The notes under the pieces were generated by a model. That model was not told the origin of the DNA. It did not search any database and saw only the letters and a list, made by a program, of their open reading frames with translations. Shown piece by piece: positions 60,792 to 64,000 of a stretch of 64,000 bases of DNA. The stretch's first letter is position 1; each line of letters opens with the position of its first letter. The stretch spans positions 321,628 through 385,627 of the forward strand of contig OZ037771.1 in NCBI GenBank assembly GCA_964035545.1, read 5' to 3'. Both the position numbers and the translations under genes were made by a program. The stretch is from Bugula neritina. Taxonomy: Eukaryota > Animalia > Bryozoa.

Positions 60792-63309
60792 TCACAAGCT
60801 ACTGGCTATGTCCGATGTAGCAGAGGATTCTCCACACACTGATGAGGCACAAGAAGGGGATGTGTTCAACATGTCCCTCTGATCAACTGACTTGGTTTCT
60901 GAAGAACTTAGGCCAGTATTCTGGACAAGAGTCTGTGAATGAGAAGGGATGGTAGATGCGTAGCTGGGAGTTGTGGCCTCTATTTTTAAATCCTGTGCCC
61001 AAATGTTTTGTGGCCATCCACTCCTACCCCTTGACTTTCGCTCCAAAGCTGCTGCCTATCAACAAAATGTGTTGACATTTGAGTCTTGTGTAAAATATAT
61101 TTACCTACTTACCTAGCTGTTTACCTACCTACCTATCTGCCTACATACCTGTTTACCTACCTACCTACCTACCTACCTATCTATCTAGTATCTACCTACC
61201 TACCTCTAAAAATAATTGTGCAAACTAATTCTAAGAATGTTTGCGAAAATGGCTCACATTTCAGTGCAGTATTCAAGGTGCAGGTAAATAATGCAGTAGA
61301 TTTACCACCAGGGCAAACAAGTGCTTAATGCTTCAGCAGCAATCTAATTACAGTAGCTTGTAACGTTAATCACATTTAGGAGCCTAGCCTATGCCTTCTT
61401 GGGAGCTTAGTCTATGATCTTTTTATATAAAATAGTCAGACTGATAAAGGAGACAGTCTTCTTGACCAACTCATTATTTATAGCTTTAGCTCTAAATTTT
61501 TAAATAAGAGTTTAGTAGAAGTCGGCAATGAAATCTGTAAGATTCCTTAAGAATTAGGGCTAAGTTTACAAAGGATGATACTGCTTGTTTATAAGAAGGT
61601 AATCAATGCACTTTGGGTGTATTTACTGAGTATAAACATACAGAGGTAAATAATGAACAGGTGATGTTTCACTGCAGTGTGTAACAAAGTCAAGTATAAT
61701 ATATACAGGAAATGAATTATTCAGTCTCACGTAATCAGCTAACACAATGTCATGATATACTGAGATCCACAATATAATAATACATTGTATGAAATGCTTC
61801 AGTGGTAATTGGTGACAAATCAGGATCCTCCTAATAGTTGAATTGATATTTCTATAACAAAACTCAAATAAAAACTTGTTAGGGGCAATATATGAAATAT
61901 TTACTCTCTTGAAGGCTATCTAATATTTGTACTGATGCCAGCGCAAAAGTATAAATATAACAGGAATGTGTCAACAATAGAATTAACTGTTAGAGTTTGT
62001 TCATGAATCTATAAATAGATTTAATTTGTTAGAATTAAGTATATTGTTACTCTGGTAAATAATGGGTAAAGGAAGTTACATCATTAGAGTCAGCTGACAG
62101 GCAGGGCTGCTGGTAATTATGTAATAATCAGGTGTGAAACTTTCCCTCACTTTCTTAGCTGTTACTAGGGCTTTAATTAACTCAATAAAAGCGGTTACCA
62201 AGAGAACTCTTCCATAAACAGCTTGCAACTCGGCAAATAGTACCTAAATACATGCACTACAGACTAGAATACAACTGTCACATCAATTACCAGGAAATAT
62301 TAAATACTCACGATTTCTGCTTCAATACTTTTCCTTTTCTCTGCTCTGCAAGGAGTTTTCCTAGAGAGATCAGCTTTGAATTCTTTAAGAGGCAGTGAAG
62401 TGTCGCTGTCTAAGGCATCCATCAGGTGCTGAATGTAACTACAGGCAGCAAACAACAGGACTTTGTAACCACTCTCTACCAGTGTGTAACCACTTTCTAC
62501 CAGTGTGTAACCACTCTCTACCAGGGTGTAACCACTCTCTAGCAGTGTGTAACCACTCTCTACCAGTGTGTAACCACTCTCTACCAGTGTGTAACCACTC
62601 TCTACTACTAATACTAAAAGCTGCCATATTATCTAGAGACTCACCCACATGCCAGACGTAAAGTTTTGATTTTGGACAGTTTGGTATCCTTAGGGACATT
62701 GGGGATACAATCTCGAAGGTTAGAGAAAGCTCCATTTATGCTGATAGTCCTCCTACGCTCCTTTTTGCTGCTGGTACCACTTCTTTTCTTCCCCTCTGTT
62801 GATGTGTAGGAGTTATACACATTTCCTGTCAGCTGTAAAGTAAATATAAAACTAACTTGAAGTGACAATGAGAGATGAGACATACACATGGAGCTCTGTA
62901 TACACGCCTACTCAGCTACAATTGTAATTTATTTCTGAGTTTAAAAAGCTTTTTAATTGGAAAATATAATACTATATTATACTACTACTACTACAAAATA
63001 TGATATTACAATAAAATATACTACTATATTATACTACTACTACAAAATATGATATTACAATAAAATATAATACTATATTATAGTACTACTACAAAAACAA
63101 ATAAAAGTATTTTTCAGTCACCTGTGAATAAAATGGATCAGTTGTGCTAGGCCAGTAACTAGCACTGTCATAGCTCCTAGGGCTAGGTGTGCCTGTAGAC
63201 GGGCTGGCAGTGGCGGTGTACCGACCTGGGAGAGGGGAGTAAGTGGGGTAACTGTAGTCTGCTACGTGTACAGAGTTGCCATAGCAATCCGAGAAGACAT
63301 TCTGTATAC
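60792..63309 (-). CDS. Hand: Hand bHLH transcription factor; exons 63309-63122, 62832-62645, 62438-62312, 61055-60792; 5' exon(s) beyond window end
   Basis: b[58 protein letters not shown], and the Hand-specific motif [18 protein letters not shown]. Phases consistent. Confidence 0.95.
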
Positions 63310-64000
63310 CTGTGACATTGTAATATATCCTGTGACATTGTAATATATACTGTGACATTGTAATATATACTGTGACATTGTAATATATACTGTGGCATTG
63401 TATTATATGCTGTGACGTAATATATACTACATACTGTGACATTGTAATATATACTGTGACATTGTAATATATACTGTGACATTGTAATATATACTGTGAC
63501 ATTGTATTATATCCTGTGACATTGTAATATATACTATACTGTGACATTGTAATATATCCTGTGACATTGTAATATATACTGTGACATTGTAATATATACT
63601 GTGACATTGTAATATATACTGTGACATTGTAATATATCCTGTGACATTGTAATATATACTGTGACATTGTAATATATACTGTGACATTGTATTATATACT
63701 GTGACATTGTAATATATACTGTGACATTGTAATATATCCTGTGACATTGTAATATATCCTGTGACATTGTAATATATACTGTGACATTGTAATATATACT
63801 GTGACATTGTATTATATACTGTGACATTGTAATATATAGTGTGACGTTGTAATATATACTACATACTGTGACATTGTAATATATCCTGTGACATTGTAAT
63901 ATATCCTGTGACATTGTAATATATCCTGTGACATTGTAATATATACTGTGGCATTGTATTATATACTGTGACATTGTAATATATACTGTGACATTGTAAT
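62464..64000 (-). repeat. Hand intronic arrays: 21-bp (62464-62605) and 20-bp (63305-64000, ending at the acceptor)
   Basis: gtaaccactctctaccagtgt, ~7 copies; tgtgacattgtaatatatac, ~35 copies, whose minus-strand unit ends in tgtcacag, the real acceptor at 63310. Confidence 0.95.

Overview
AT-rich genomic DNA from an invertebrate animal (spliceosomal GT-AG introns; bilaterian-type Hand, RSF1, NKAP). It is not prokaryotic, and most ORFs in the supplied track are translations of intronic minisatellites. Genes reconstructed by hand with phase-consistent exons: a VWA5-family gene (+, 5' part outside the window) and a downstream low-complexity ORF that may be its C-terminus; RSF1 (+, 19 exons); a claudin/PMP22-like gene (-); NKAP (+, 11 exons) with a secreted 3xEGF gene nested antisense in intron 8; a KCNMB/TipE-like 2-TM protein (+); a probably GPI-anchored kynurenine formamidase/cyclase (+); and Hand (-, 5' end outside the window). 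Mobile DNA: an intact 3.8-kb TTAA-flanked DDE transposon (Kolobok-like) that supplies the stop codon of the left-hand gene and ends under 100 bp from the RSF1 ATG; a decayed 5.3-kb Kolobok-like element with a KolX pseudogene; an RTE LINE fragment; and a ~150-bp-periodic, convergent array of six tRNA-like (A/B-box) units. The main pattern: most long introns are filled by their own locally derived minisatellite. Many of these arrays copy the splice donor or acceptor itself, giving tandem decoy splice sites, candidate microexons and one intron that is entirely repeat.
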